In this document: one piece after another, positions 27,149 to 35,512 of the stretch
Position numbering within the stretch: the first letter of the stretch is position 1
Layout of the letters: each line of letters opens with the position of its first letter
Source of the DNA: a virus
Taxonomy: Duplodnaviria > Caudoviricetes
Virus record (IMG/VR): IMGVR_UViG_3300032013_000004
Location: 1-36,902 of that record
Strand: one strand, 5' to 3'
Length of the DNA: 36,902 nucleotides
Made by a program: the position numbers and the translations under genes
The notes under the pieces: model-generated
The model's input: the letters and a program-made list of their open reading frames with translations, nothing else
Told to the model about the DNA's origin: nothing
Database searches by the model: none

Positions 27149-27858
27149 GTAACATCGCAAGATACGAGTCGGGAGCATTGGCCTTGACTCATGAAGCCAA
27201 ACCTGAGTGGGGAAAGGCGAATGATAGGCGTGGCGTAAAACGCACTCAGTTGGCAGTGGAGTTTGTTAAGGATTATCCGATTGGCACGGTCCTTAGTGCC
27301 GAGGCTTTGGATATCTGGCTACAAGACCACGGTATGCTGACGGTACCGCCTAAAGACGCCCCGAAAAATTCGGACGCCTGGCTTGGGCACCTGCAGCGGC
27401 GGCACATTATCCGCAATCAGATCAACAAGGCGGCAACTCATCCTCGCTTGTTGGAGAAAGGATCAACGCCTTTCTCCATCGATGCGCTGGCCGGTGGCTT
27501 TGAGGTGCGTGCCCCGCATCAAGCTATCAGTAAATCGGAAGTTCCCCGAAAGGTTCAATCTCTCGTTGGGACCAAGAAGAGACAGTTGGCATATTTAATG
27601 CAGAGCACGGATTTCCCGGTTCTACCGGAGGCTATACGTGAAACCGCCGAAGAGATATTCGACGCTATTCAGAACTATGCTGAAGATATCAGGACTGGCG
27701 CGAATCGTCTCGATAAACAATTCACCAAACTACAGCGGAAGATTCAGCTAAAACTTGAAGCCGGATCAATCGTTCCGACGAATGGTGGAATTAAACAATT
27801 GCTCGCTTCGCCGTCAGAAGAGTCGGAAGCGGAAAATGTTCCTGACTGTGAAGAGTAA
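27145..27858 (+). CDS. Hypothetical protein coupled to ParB-like gene
   Basis: 237 aa, ATGA overlap. Confidence 0.8.
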   Translation: MSNIARYESGALALTHEAKPEWGKANDRRGVKRTQLAVEFVKDYPIGTVLSAEALDIWLQDHGMLTVPPKDAPKNSDAWLGHLQRRHIIRNQINKAATHPRLLEKGSTPFSIDALAGGFEVRAPHQAISKSEVPRKVQSLVGTKKRQLAYLMQSTDFPVLPEAIRETAEEIFDAIQNYAEDIRTGANRLDKQFTKLQRKIQLKLEAGSIVPTNGGIKQLLASPSEESEAENVPDCEE

Positions 27859-27868
27859 GGCAACGTTG

Positions 27869-27895
27869 GGGGCAGGAAGTCCTGCCCCGCTTTTT
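27869..27895 (+). terminator. Rho-independent terminator
   Basis: GGGGCAGGA-ag-TCCTGCCCC-gc-TTTTT. Confidence 0.75.
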
Positions 27896-27900
27896 ATCCA

Positions 27901-28215
27901 ATGAATAAATACCACGCAAAACGAACCACTGTTGACGGCATCACGTTCGACTCAAAGCGTGAAGCGAAACGCTATGTCGAACTTCAAATACTCGAACGCG
28001 CAGGACGGATAACCAACCTTCAGCGTCCTAAGCCGTATCAGCTAGTCGTCAACGGCGTGAAGGTTGGCAGATACACGCCGGACTTTACCTACGTCGAAAA
28101 CGGCGTCGAAGTCGTGGAGGACGTGAAGAGTCCGGCGACGAAGAAAGCCCGCGACTATCGCTTACGCAAAATGTTAATGCTGGCTATCTACGGCATTTCA
28201 ATCAAGGAGACATAG
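27901..28215 (+). CDS. DUF1064 family PD-(D/E)xK nuclease
   Basis: 'NKY.AK.T.VDGITFDSK.EA.RY', 'Y.PDF.Y', 'VEDVKS'. Confidence 0.9.
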   Translation: MNKYHAKRTTVDGITFDSKREAKRYVELQILERAGRITNLQRPKPYQLVVNGVKVGRYTPDFTYVENGVEVVEDVKSPATKKARDYRLRKMLMLAIYGISIKET

Positions 28216-28217
28216 CC

Positions 28218-28514
28218 ATGACACTGAAAGAGGCAGTCAACGCGCTTAAAGAGCAGAGATGTTACACCGCTACCGTTGCGAAGTACGGCGTCCACTTGCG
28301 TACATGCAAAGAACTGGAAGTTGACCCCGATACTTTTGAGCATTTCGCAGAGGAAATCTTGAGTACGCCGAAAGCCATGCGCGGCAAGATGCTTGAAGTC
28401 GAAGGGCTGGAACCATACGTGCCATTTATGAGCTACCCGGCTTACGTTGAGCCGATTATGGCCGAGCAAAAGCTGGACTTTTACAGCGCGGCAATGGGGA
28501 GGAAGTTGAGATGA
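28218..28514 (+). CDS. Hypothetical protein
   Basis: 98 aa, AAGGAG RBS. Confidence 0.7.
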   Translation: MTLKEAVNALKEQRCYTATVAKYGVHLRTCKELEVDPDTFEHFAEEILSTPKAMRGKMLEVEGLEPYVPFMSYPAYVEPIMAEQKLDFYSAAMGRKLR

Positions 28515-28813
28515 ACGAAACTAAAGCGGCAATCGCTGGCGGCTGGAAGGCTGTTGCCAAGGCGCTAGAGGCGAATATGAATGCGCTGCTGGAAGAGAAT
28601 CGAAAGCTACGCGCGGCGGTAGAAGCGTATCCAGAGTGGACGGACGATGACAACGGCGACAGCATAGGAACCATGCAGCGCTTCGTAACGTGCATAGTCT
28701 GCGACGGCGGCGGCGCGTTCAACGGCGACGGTAAGCCTAGCAAGAGAATGCCGCCAACACACAAGCCTGACTGCGCCCGTCAACTCGCCCTAAAACCGGA
28801 GGGAAGGGATTAA
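28511..28813 (+). CDS. Hypothetical zinc-binding protein
   Basis: CxxC...H..DC, ATGA overlap. Confidence 0.65.
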   Translation: MNETKAAIAGGWKAVAKALEANMNALLEENRKLRAAVEAYPEWTDDDNGDSIGTMQRFVTCIVCDGGGAFNGDGKPSKRMPPTHKPDCARQLALKPEGRD

Positions 28814-28815
28814 AA

Positions 28816-28844
28816 TTGCACCCTTCCCTGATTCGTGGCATTAT
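28816..28844 (+). promoter_or_regulatory. Promoter of membrane-protein operon
   Basis: TTGCAC-17 bp-CATTAT with extended TG. The -35 overlaps the GGGAAGGG/CCCTTCCC inverted repeat. Confidence 0.5.
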
Positions 28845-28997
28845 CCGCTCTGCACTGGTAGGCGAAAGGTTAAAGCTCTCGCCTACCTTAAACCAAATCG
28901 AACTTGGTACGTGCAGAGCGGTTTGCTTATAACCTGAGCCTGTTCAGTTTAGCAACCTTCAGCGCCTACCCGGTTCCCTTGACTAAAAGGGGACGAA

Positions 28998-29675
28998 ATG
29001 CAAGCCAAAAAAGAATCCATGCTTTCACAGCGCGGCTGGATGGCTGTAATCTTCATCGGCCTTTGGGGCTTCCTCTGCGCGTGGTCGCTCTCCGCGTTCT
29101 GGCAGCACATTGACAGTCTTCAGCCGACATACCGCATTGCCGCCAAAGCGGGCGCATGCGCTGGCGAGTTCGCCGTATTGGCGCTGACAGTGCTTAAATG
29201 CTTCAGCATCCATATCAACGTCCGCAAGTGGTCACTAATTCTCGCCTGCGCACTGGCCATTGTGATTGTGTTTCACACCGGCGCGCTGCGTGGACTGGAC
29301 GAAGCGGCAGTCGTGCAGGACGACAAAGAAAAACGCCTGCGCGATTCGCTTACTCAAATGAGCAAGGAGCAGGGAGTAGGCCGGACGCAGAAAGAGCGCA
29401 TGGCGACAGCCAACAAAGCAAACTCAAACGCGCAAAAACTTCTTGCGGACACCATCAACAAGCGAGACGAAGCCATTAAGGCGACTTCGTTCTTCCCGCT
29501 CTGGTATCTCAACGGCGGCATGTACGCTCTCATCATGATTGCGTCAATTCTGTGCCTTGGATTCGTCGGAATGAAGATGCTCAACAAGGAAGACATTGAC
29601 CGGGACTTTGACGGCATAGCCGACCACCTGCAGCAGCAGACAGAGGTTAATTGGCCAAACCAAGTGGGAAAATAG
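28998..29675 (+). CDS. Four-TM membrane protein with extracytoplasmic coiled coil
   Basis: Three N-terminal hydrophobic helices, coiled coil, fourth TM, DxDxDG motif. Ends GTG GGA AAA TAG. Confidence 0.85.
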   Translation: MQAKKESMLSQRGWMAVIFIGLWGFLCAWSLSAFWQHIDSLQPTYRIAAKAGACAGEFAVLALTVLKCFSIHINVRKWSLILACALAIVIVFHTGALRGLDEAAVVQDDKEKRLRDSLTQMSKEQGVGRTQKERMATANKANSNAQKLLADTINKRDEAIKATSFFPLWYLNGGMYALIMIASILCLGFVGMKMLNKEDIDRDFDGIADHLQQQTEVNWPNQVGK

Positions 29676-29711
29676 CAGCCGCCACGCACGCACAGGGACA
29701 AGCGATGGCGG
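29666..29711 (+). other. Predicted -1 programmed ribosomal frameshift signal
   Basis: X_XXY_YYZ heptamer G_GGA_AAA (29666-29672) in frame before the stop. Stem GCCGCCA-CGC...GCG-a-TGGCGGC begins 5 nt downstream. The -1 frame is open to 30349. Confidence 0.7.
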
Positions 29712-30349
29712 CGGGACAACCCGAACAGGAGGCGCAGCATGAGAAAGCGGCCACTCGGCCTGGTGTTCTGGATAACTTGGGCGCTAATCTGTCTGGCGCT
29801 GGCGGGCGTCCTGATGGTGAAGTAGCCGGGGAGCAGGAGGGAGCAATTGCCGCCGCTCCCCGGGGAGCAGAAGCCCACAGGGAGCAGAAATTACCATCGA
29901 ACGTTATCCGATTTGCTCCCCGGGGAGCAAAGAAGGCTAAAGCCTCGAAAGCAAAGGCAAAAAAGGCGGGAGCAAAGCGTGCTGGCTCCCCAGGGAGCAG
30001 AGAAACTAACTGGCTAAAATCTTTGCTCCCTGAAGCGGCAAACGGATGGTGGGACCCAGCGGAAGACGGCAAGGGTTATGTCATTCCTTTTCGCTGGCGA
30101 GAGGCTGGAAAACAGCGTAAGCTTCAGTTTCCGCGAATCAGCGCGGAGCAGTTTAAACGGCTAAAGGAGGCCACTAATGAGCGAGCAAAATTCCTTATCG
30201 CGGACCGCGTCTACGGACACATTGAAGACCTTTGCGCCCCAGGGAGCGCCCGCGCTGACAGAGCAAGAGCGGTTGCCCAGAGGGTCGGCTTTGCTGTTGG
30301 AAACAATCTTGATGTTGGCGCGAGAGATTCAGGTGTCAGACGGGCTTGA
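29672..30349 (+). CDS. -1 frame extension: low-complexity linker plus C-terminal globular (putative DNA-binding) domain; fusion ~450 aa
   Basis: The ORF has only a TTG start without RBS. C-terminal 'NWLKSLLP...GWWD...GYVIPFRWRE.GKQRKL.FPRIS' looks like a real basic domain. Confidence 0.65.
   Translation: MAAATHAQGQAMAAGQPEQEAQHEKAATRPGVLDNLGANLSGAGGRPDGEVAGEQEGAIAAAPRGAEAHREQKLPSNVIRFAPRGAKKAKASKAKAKKAGAKRAGSPGSRETNWLKSLLPEAANGWWDPAEDGKGYVIPFRWREAGKQRKLQFPRISAEQFKRLKEATNERAKFLIADRVYGHIEDLCAPGSARADRARAVAQRVGFAVGNNLDVGARDSGVRRA
29829..30030. repeat. GGGAGC(A) motif array
   Basis: GGGAGCA at 29829, 29839, 29863, 29880, 29923, 29968 and 29993. Inverted (T)GCTCCC at 29855, 29914, 29985 and 30024. 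Perfect palindrome TTTGCTCCCCGGGGAGCAAA at 29912-29931. Confidence 0.9.
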
Positions 30350-30437
30350 AGACGCGAAGGTTAAGGCCGGGAGCATCGCGGAAATGGCCGGTGAGCTTGT
30401 GCAGAAGTACAACCGGCAAATAGGGCTGGCTGCATAG
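30177..30437 (+). CDS. Small helical protein overlapping the frameshift ORF by 173 nt
   Basis: AAGGAGG six nt before the ATG, amphipathic C-terminal helices. Confidence 0.65.
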   Translation: MSEQNSLSRTASTDTLKTFAPQGAPALTEQERLPRGSALLLETILMLAREIQVSDGLEDAKVKAGSIAEMAGELVQKYNRQIGLAA

Positions 30438-30466
30438 TTGACACCCGATAGGCGCGACAGTACTAT
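30438..30466 (+). promoter_or_regulatory. Strong promoter (pR'-like)
   Basis: TTGACA-17 bp-TACTAT. Confidence 0.75.
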
Positions 30467-30486
30467 GCGCCCGTTCAATTGTTTAG

Positions 30487-30539
30487 AAAAGCTGTGAAAG
30501 GCCGTCATCGGTAAGCGCCGGTGGCGGCTTTTCGCTTTT
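30487..30539 (+). terminator. Rho-independent terminator (+)
   Basis: GCCGTCATCGG-taagcg-CCGGTGGCGGC-TTTTcgcTTTT. Confidence 0.75.
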
Positions 30540-30543
30540 AGGC

Positions 30544-30586
30544 AAAATAAAAGCCCGTCAGTCCGGCCTAAATGGACTGACGGGCT
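30544..30586 (-). terminator. Rho-independent terminator (-)
   Basis: AAAATAAAA-GCCCGTCAGTCC-loop-GGACTGACGGGC. Confidence 0.7.
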
Positions 30587-30760
30587 GAATACACCTTAGC
30601 CCGAAGTACTAAACAACTGCCTAACAGAGGTCCGAAATCAAAGAGTTCTAAGTTCCCTGCCAGTCTACCAACCTGTACTCATTCCCGCAAGCCCACCTGA
30701 GACATTCCGATACATTGTGAGTCTATTTGACACACCGTACAGTTTATGCAATAAGGTGCC

Positions 30761-31039
30761 ATGAGCGAAACAACACCCGAAACCAGCGCTTTAACTCCGC
30801 AGTTGCCCCCAAGTGGCGCTCGCCGCACTTTCTTACTTGAGTTGGATAGGTTCCAAGAACACCTTGCGCGGCTTGCGCACGACGTGGGGAGCAAGGCGGA
30901 GCTAGGTAGACGGCTGAACGTATCCGGGCAGTTTATCGACTTACTCATTGCCGGGAAGCGGAAACCGGGAAACAAGCTACTGAAAGCCATTGGCGCGCGT
31001 CGTCGGGTAATGATTGAGATTGACGTGGAGGGTGAATGA
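30761..31039 (+). CDS. Cro/XRE-like HTH protein
   Basis: 'GSKAELGRRLNVSGQFIDLLIAGKRKPG', TTGACA at 30727, no SD. Confidence 0.75.
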   Translation: MSETTPETSALTPQLPPSGARRTFLLELDRFQEHLARLAHDVGSKAELGRRLNVSGQFIDLLIAGKRKPGNKLLKAIGARRRVMIEIDVEGE

Positions 31040-31320
31040 TGGGGCCTGAAGTTCTACCGTCGGCCATTGAGGCCATCTGCGCAAAGTTCAAGAAGGCGGC
31101 AGATGTTTATTGCCGGGAGTACCCACGGAGCATGCCACCGTCGGCCCGGTTTGACAGGGCGGTGATAGCATACGACTCACGGAAGCGAGCCTTCAATAAA
31201 GCGGTTCAACGTTGGCTAGACGACTTTAAAGAGCTACCAGAATGGGCGAAAGAGACGCTTGCCTACCAGACGGAGCGGGGCTTTTTAGACCCTCTGTGGA
31301 AGACCTGGGAGGGTAAATGA
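31036..31320 (+). CDS. Hypothetical protein
   Basis: 94 aa, GGAGG RBS, coupled overlaps. Confidence 0.7.
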   Translation: MMGPEVLPSAIEAICAKFKKAADVYCREYPRSMPPSARFDRAVIAYDSRKRAFNKAVQRWLDDFKELPEWAKETLAYQTERGFLDPLWKTWEGK

Positions 31321-31676
31321 GCGAAGCCCTTGCCATCAACGACGATGCCGCGCTGTTCAGCGACACCGACTATGCGAACGCCATACAGGAGAGAACGAAG
31401 GCGCGGGCCAAGGCGTTCTTCCACGGTCGTGGCTTTGATAGGCTTATCGAAATTGCGAACGGCGCGGACGACAAAACGGCGCTCTCAGCCATTACCACCA
31501 TCGGCAAGCTGGCAGGGGAGTTCAAAGCGCCTCGTCCAGTGGTGCTGAGCTTTGACGAGTTGAGGAAGGCGGCGGCGTCAGTTTCAGCCGGGCCGCTTGG
31601 CGGGATAACCCAGATAACCGAAAGCGCAGTGATAGAGGGAGACTTTGACGAAGACGGCGGCGATACAACCGAATAG
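31317..31676 (+). CDS. terS: Putative terminase small subunit
   Basis: 119 aa helical protein, 'L.EIA.....AL.A...IGKLAG.F', directly upstream of terL. Confidence 0.55.
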   Translation: MSEALAINDDAALFSDTDYANAIQERTKARAKAFFHGRGFDRLIEIANGADDKTALSAITTIGKLAGEFKAPRPVVLSFDELRKAAASVSAGPLGGITQITESAVIEGDFDEDGGDTTE

Positions 31677-33588
31677 CGCCGACGGACTAGCCGTAGACGC
31701 CCTCAAACTCGCCACGGCAGACCCGGCGCGAGTCGAACGGGAAGTCGCGGAGTTCGACAAGAATCCCGACGCTTACATAGCCCGGCGCTTCACTGAACTG
31801 TCTGAATGGGACTTCCCCGTTTGGGCCGCTATCAATGTCTTTATCAAAACCAAGTCCGGTAAGCGCGTCAGGTTGTTTCTCAACCGCATCCAGCGGCGCA
31901 TGTGGGATTGGGTACTTGAGGACTTAATTGCAAAGCGTCCTATCCGCTGGTTCATCCTGAAAGCCCGACAAGAAGGCGTCTCCACTTTCTGGATAGCGTT
32001 TTTCTTGTGGCTGACTTCCCTGCGCGCCAACCGCGAAGCCCTTATCTGCGCTCACGACGAACAAAGCACCTATGACTTTAACAACCGCCTGCGCGCGATG
32101 TACACGCAGCTACACCCGATGTTGCAGCCGAAGACGCACACCGACAGACGGGACCTTGTGTACTTCAGCAGCACGACGCACGAAAGGCGGCGCGGCGCGA
32201 GTGTGGGGCTGGAAAGCAAGCTGGTGTTCAGGACGGCGCAGGCCGGGCAGCTGGGACGCTCCTATAACTTCCATGCCGTATTGCTGTCGGAATTTGCTCT
32301 CTGGCCGGAATTAAAAGTGGACGTAGCTGACCAGATGGGTGGACTGCTGCAGGTGATGTCGGACGAGGCCGGAACCATCATCATCCTTGAAAGTACGGCC
32401 AAAGGCGAGAACGAAGCGACGAAATGGTGGACCGACGAGAATAACGGATATAGAAAAGTCTTCATTCCGTGGTGCGGATTCGATGAGTACAGAACCGGGC
32501 AGCTCAAGTATGACAAACTGAAAGAGCTATCCGCCGACCCTGATTCACGCTACGGCAACGAAGTTGAAACCGAGCGCATCATCCGCGACACCCTGCCTAT
32601 CTGGTATCCACAGGAAGTGGCCGAAGGTGGCGAAGAGTGGATGAAAGAGGAGTTGCGCCGCCGTCTGCACTGGCGCAGGCGCACGATTGACACGAAGTGC
32701 ATGGGCCGTCTTGAGGTGTTCAAGCACGAATACCCACTAACCCCCGCAGACTCGTTTGCCACAGGCGCTAAAAACCAGTTCAACCATGAAAGCCTGGAAG
32801 AGATGCGCGCCTATGTTCAGGCTGAGGGCTACACGCCAATCCGCTGCAAGCTGATACAGAACGAAGATGAAACGCATCCTAATCGTAAATTCCACCGGGC
32901 CGACGGCTACGGCAAAGTCTACTTCTACCGACTGCCGGGGGAGTTCGATAAACAGCATACGTCCTTCGTCATCGGCGCGGATACGTCAATGGGAATGTCG
33001 TCCGGCGCTGACCCCTCCGCTGCCGTGGTTCTTGCTGTGTCGGCTGATGAAACTGAAGAAGTAGCTAGCTTCAACGCGGTTATCCCACCGTCCGACTTTG
33101 CTGAACTGCTGAACTGGCTAGGCCGTCTCTACGACGATGCGCTGCTTGGCGTCGAACATAACGAACGCGGCGGCGCCGTAGTGAACGACTATCTGCAAAA
33201 GGTATGGCGCTATCCGCGCCTGTACTATCCGCGCGATATGTTCACCGGGAAGACGAAGCGGGATAGCGTTCCCGGCGTCAACGTCACAGCCGACGGCAAG
33301 AGCAAACTCATATCCGACTTAGCCGAAGAGATACTCAATCACTCGATTCTATTCCGGAGCATGGCCCTGATAGACCAGCTTAAAAGCTATCAGGAATTGA
33401 AGAACAAGAAGTTTGGCGGCGCGCCGGGGACGAAGGACGACTTCGTTTCAGCGGCGATGATAGCCCGCTTTCTGAAGAAACATCTCCACCGCTTTTCACC
33501 GCCGCGCGAGACGATACCGCGCGGTTCATTCGCCTGGGAAGCGCACAGGCTAGCAAGAACTAGAGGCTTACGAGTCCCAGGAATGTAA
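31645..33588 (+). CDS. terL: Terminase large subunit
   Basis: 'LN..Q', Walker A 'LKARQEGVST', Walker B 'VLLSEFA', 'ESTAKG', nuclease 'IGADTS' and 'DDFVSA'. TTG start uncertain. Confidence 0.95.
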   Translation: MTKTAAIQPNSADGLAVDALKLATADPARVEREVAEFDKNPDAYIARRFTELSEWDFPVWAAINVFIKTKSGKRVRLFLNRIQRRMWDWVLEDLIAKRPIRWFILKARQEGVSTFWIAFFLWLTSLRANREALICAHDEQSTYDFNNRLRAMYTQLHPMLQPKTHTDRRDLVYFSSTTHERRRGASVGLESKLVFRTAQAGQLGRSYNFHAVLLSEFALWPELKVDVADQMGGLLQVMSDEAGTIIILESTAKGENEATKWWTDENNGYRKVFIPWCGFDEYRTGQLKYDKLKELSADPDSRYGNEVETERIIRDTLPIWYPQEVAEGGEEWMKEELRRRLHWRRRTIDTKCMGRLEVFKHEYPLTPADSFATGAKNQFNHESLEEMRAYVQAEGYTPIRCKLIQNEDETHPNRKFHRADGYGKVYFYRLPGEFDKQHTSFVIGADTSMGMSSGADPSAAVVLAVSADETEEVASFNAVIPPSDFAELLNWLGRLYDDALLGVEHNERGGAVVNDYLQKVWRYPRLYYPRDMFTGKTKRDSVPGVNVTADGKSKLISDLAEEILNHSILFRSMALIDQLKSYQELKNKKFGGAPGTKDDFVSAAMIARFLKKHLHRFSPPRETIPRGSFAWEAHRLARTRGLRVPGM

Positions 33589-35487
33589 ATGCCACGTAAA
33601 AAGAAAGTAACAGTTCCAATTCTCTTCCCTGACGGCCCTGCAGTTACGCGCAATTCCCGCGTCCGACGCGCGCTCGTCAATCATAGAACCGAGACAGGCG
33701 ACCCGAAACTTGACGGTGAAATTTGGTTGGCGCGCATTGCGATGATGCGACGCGCACGCGCTGAACGGCGCAATGGGGAAAAGGATTGGCGTAGATACTA
33801 CCTCTGGTATGAAGGAGAACAATGGAACGACAGAGGAAGCAGCGGAGGCCAGCCCAACAGCGACAACCCGCGCGACACGGCGACCGTGAACAAAACCGGG
33901 AGCATCATCAACAGCATCGTGCCGTTTCTGATAAACGACGAGATAAAGTTTCTACTAAAGGCTCAGCGTCCAACCGATGATGACTATCTTGGCGTGAAGA
34001 TTCAGCAGGCGCTACTCAATTACGAATGGCGCGAACGGAACATGACGCGCGCTATGAAAGCCTGCGCGCGTGACCTGCTGGTTATCGGCCACTGCGTTGC
34101 CAAGAGCGGTTACACCGTCGAGGTGGACGAAAGCAAGGCCAAAGGCGAGACAATTAACTACGCCGATTACGTGAAGAAAGACGCGGCTTATATTGAGCGC
34201 GTCAACCCGCTCAATTTCCTGTTCGACCTGTCAGGCAAGGACTGTTCGCTGCATACGGCGCGCTGGTGCGCTGAAGTCTTTTTCGTCCCGTTCACCGACG
34301 TTCTGTCGAACAAGTCCTATGACCAGGAAACGCTTGGACTGATACGGAGCGGCGATGCTTCAGTCTCAACAATGGCCGCATGGCAGATGCTCGGCCTCGA
34401 CCCGCGCGCAATGAAAGCGATGCAGGGCATCACGCTGCCGGAGGACAATCTAGTTGCGCTGATAGAGATATGGGACTGGAAAACCAAGAACCACATGATT
34501 TACCCCGACGGTTGTCCGCGTCCGCTGCTCAGCGAGAAATGGCCATACGACTACTTGGATAAGTTCCCGTATGCGATGGACAACTACATTGAAGTCCCGA
34601 ATCAACCCTACGGCCTGGGGCTTCCCGCGTGGATTGAAGACCAGCAGATACAGTTAAACAGGATGGCCACGCTTGAGCAGGACGTAGCGCGCAAGAGTCG
34701 GCCACGGCTCAAAGCGAGCGAAGGGACGAATCCCGAAGAGGTGGCGAAATACTTAGCCGGTGATGACCTTATTATCGGGGACATCCAGGCGATTCAGCTT
34801 CCGAATCTGCCGCAGGACTTCCAAATCATTCAGGCCAACATTCAGCGCGCCATTGAAGAGATGACAGGGGCCGACGCGCTCTTGCAGGGCGGGCGCTTGC
34901 CGTCTCGGACTACAGCAGGGGAAATCGGCACACGCGCAAGACTCACCGGCTTGAAGCTGGACCAGCACGTTGAAGACTTTGAGGAGTTCGTGGAAGACAT
35001 CGCGCGGCAAGTCTTACACCACTTGAAGAAGCATCGCACCGTAGCCGACGCGATAGAAATCGTCGGGCCGGACGGCGCACAGTGGCAGGAGTACACCAAC
35101 GAGCAGATACAGGACGACGCCGATGTGGACGTTGAATACTTCGCGGCGCCGAAGACAGACCCCGACTTGGAGAAGCAGCAGGCGCTTCAGATATTCCAAC
35201 TTGCCGTGCAGTCACTACCAGTTTTAGCCCAAACCGGCGCGCCTGACACATTCAATATGCAGGCGCTCGTCGGTTGGGTTCTCGATAAGTTTGGAGAAAA
35301 GGACATAGGCCGATTCTTCCGCTCGTCACGCACGCCTATGCCGACGACGGAAGGCGCAGGGATGACGCCGGAGATAGGCGGGGCGTTTGCGCCGTCGCCT
35401 GTCGGCCAGACGCCGGGAGTTGGCGCGCCGGGTGAAGGACTAAGCACGGAAGACCAGATGCAGGGAATGCGCGGCTTTATGCAGTAG
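33589..35487 (+). CDS. Portal protein (P22-like)
   Basis: 632 aa after terL, 'Y.G.QW', 'PYG.GL', 'Q..LN', 'TG....QG....TA.E'. Confidence 0.9.
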   Translation: MPRKKKVTVPILFPDGPAVTRNSRVRRALVNHRTETGDPKLDGEIWLARIAMMRRARAERRNGEKDWRRYYLWYEGEQWNDRGSSGGQPNSDNPRDTATVNKTGSIINSIVPFLINDEIKFLLKAQRPTDDDYLGVKIQQALLNYEWRERNMTRAMKACARDLLVIGHCVAKSGYTVEVDESKAKGETINYADYVKKDAAYIERVNPLNFLFDLSGKDCSLHTARWCAEVFFVPFTDVLSNKSYDQETLGLIRSGDASVSTMAAWQMLGLDPRAMKAMQGITLPEDNLVALIEIWDWKTKNHMIYPDGCPRPLLSEKWPYDYLDKFPYAMDNYIEVPNQPYGLGLPAWIEDQQIQLNRMATLEQDVARKSRPRLKASEGTNPEEVAKYLAGDDLIIGDIQAIQLPNLPQDFQIIQANIQRAIEEMTGADALLQGGRLPSRTTAGEIGTRARLTGLKLDQHVEDFEEFVEDIARQVLHHLKKHRTVADAIEIVGPDGAQWQEYTNEQIQDDADVDVEYFAAPKTDPDLEKQQALQIFQLAVQSLPVLAQTGAPDTFNMQALVGWVLDKFGEKDIGRFFRSSRTPMPTTEGAGMTPEIGGAFAPSPVGQTPGVGAPGEGLSTEDQMQGMRGFMQ

Positions 35488-35512
35488 CCGCTTAACACTT
35501 AACAGGAGAAGC

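Noticed and set aside
31645-31676. TerS-TerL frameshift fusion
   Set aside because: It would need a +1 shift with no slippery motif. A TTG start with a GAGG RBS explains the overlap.
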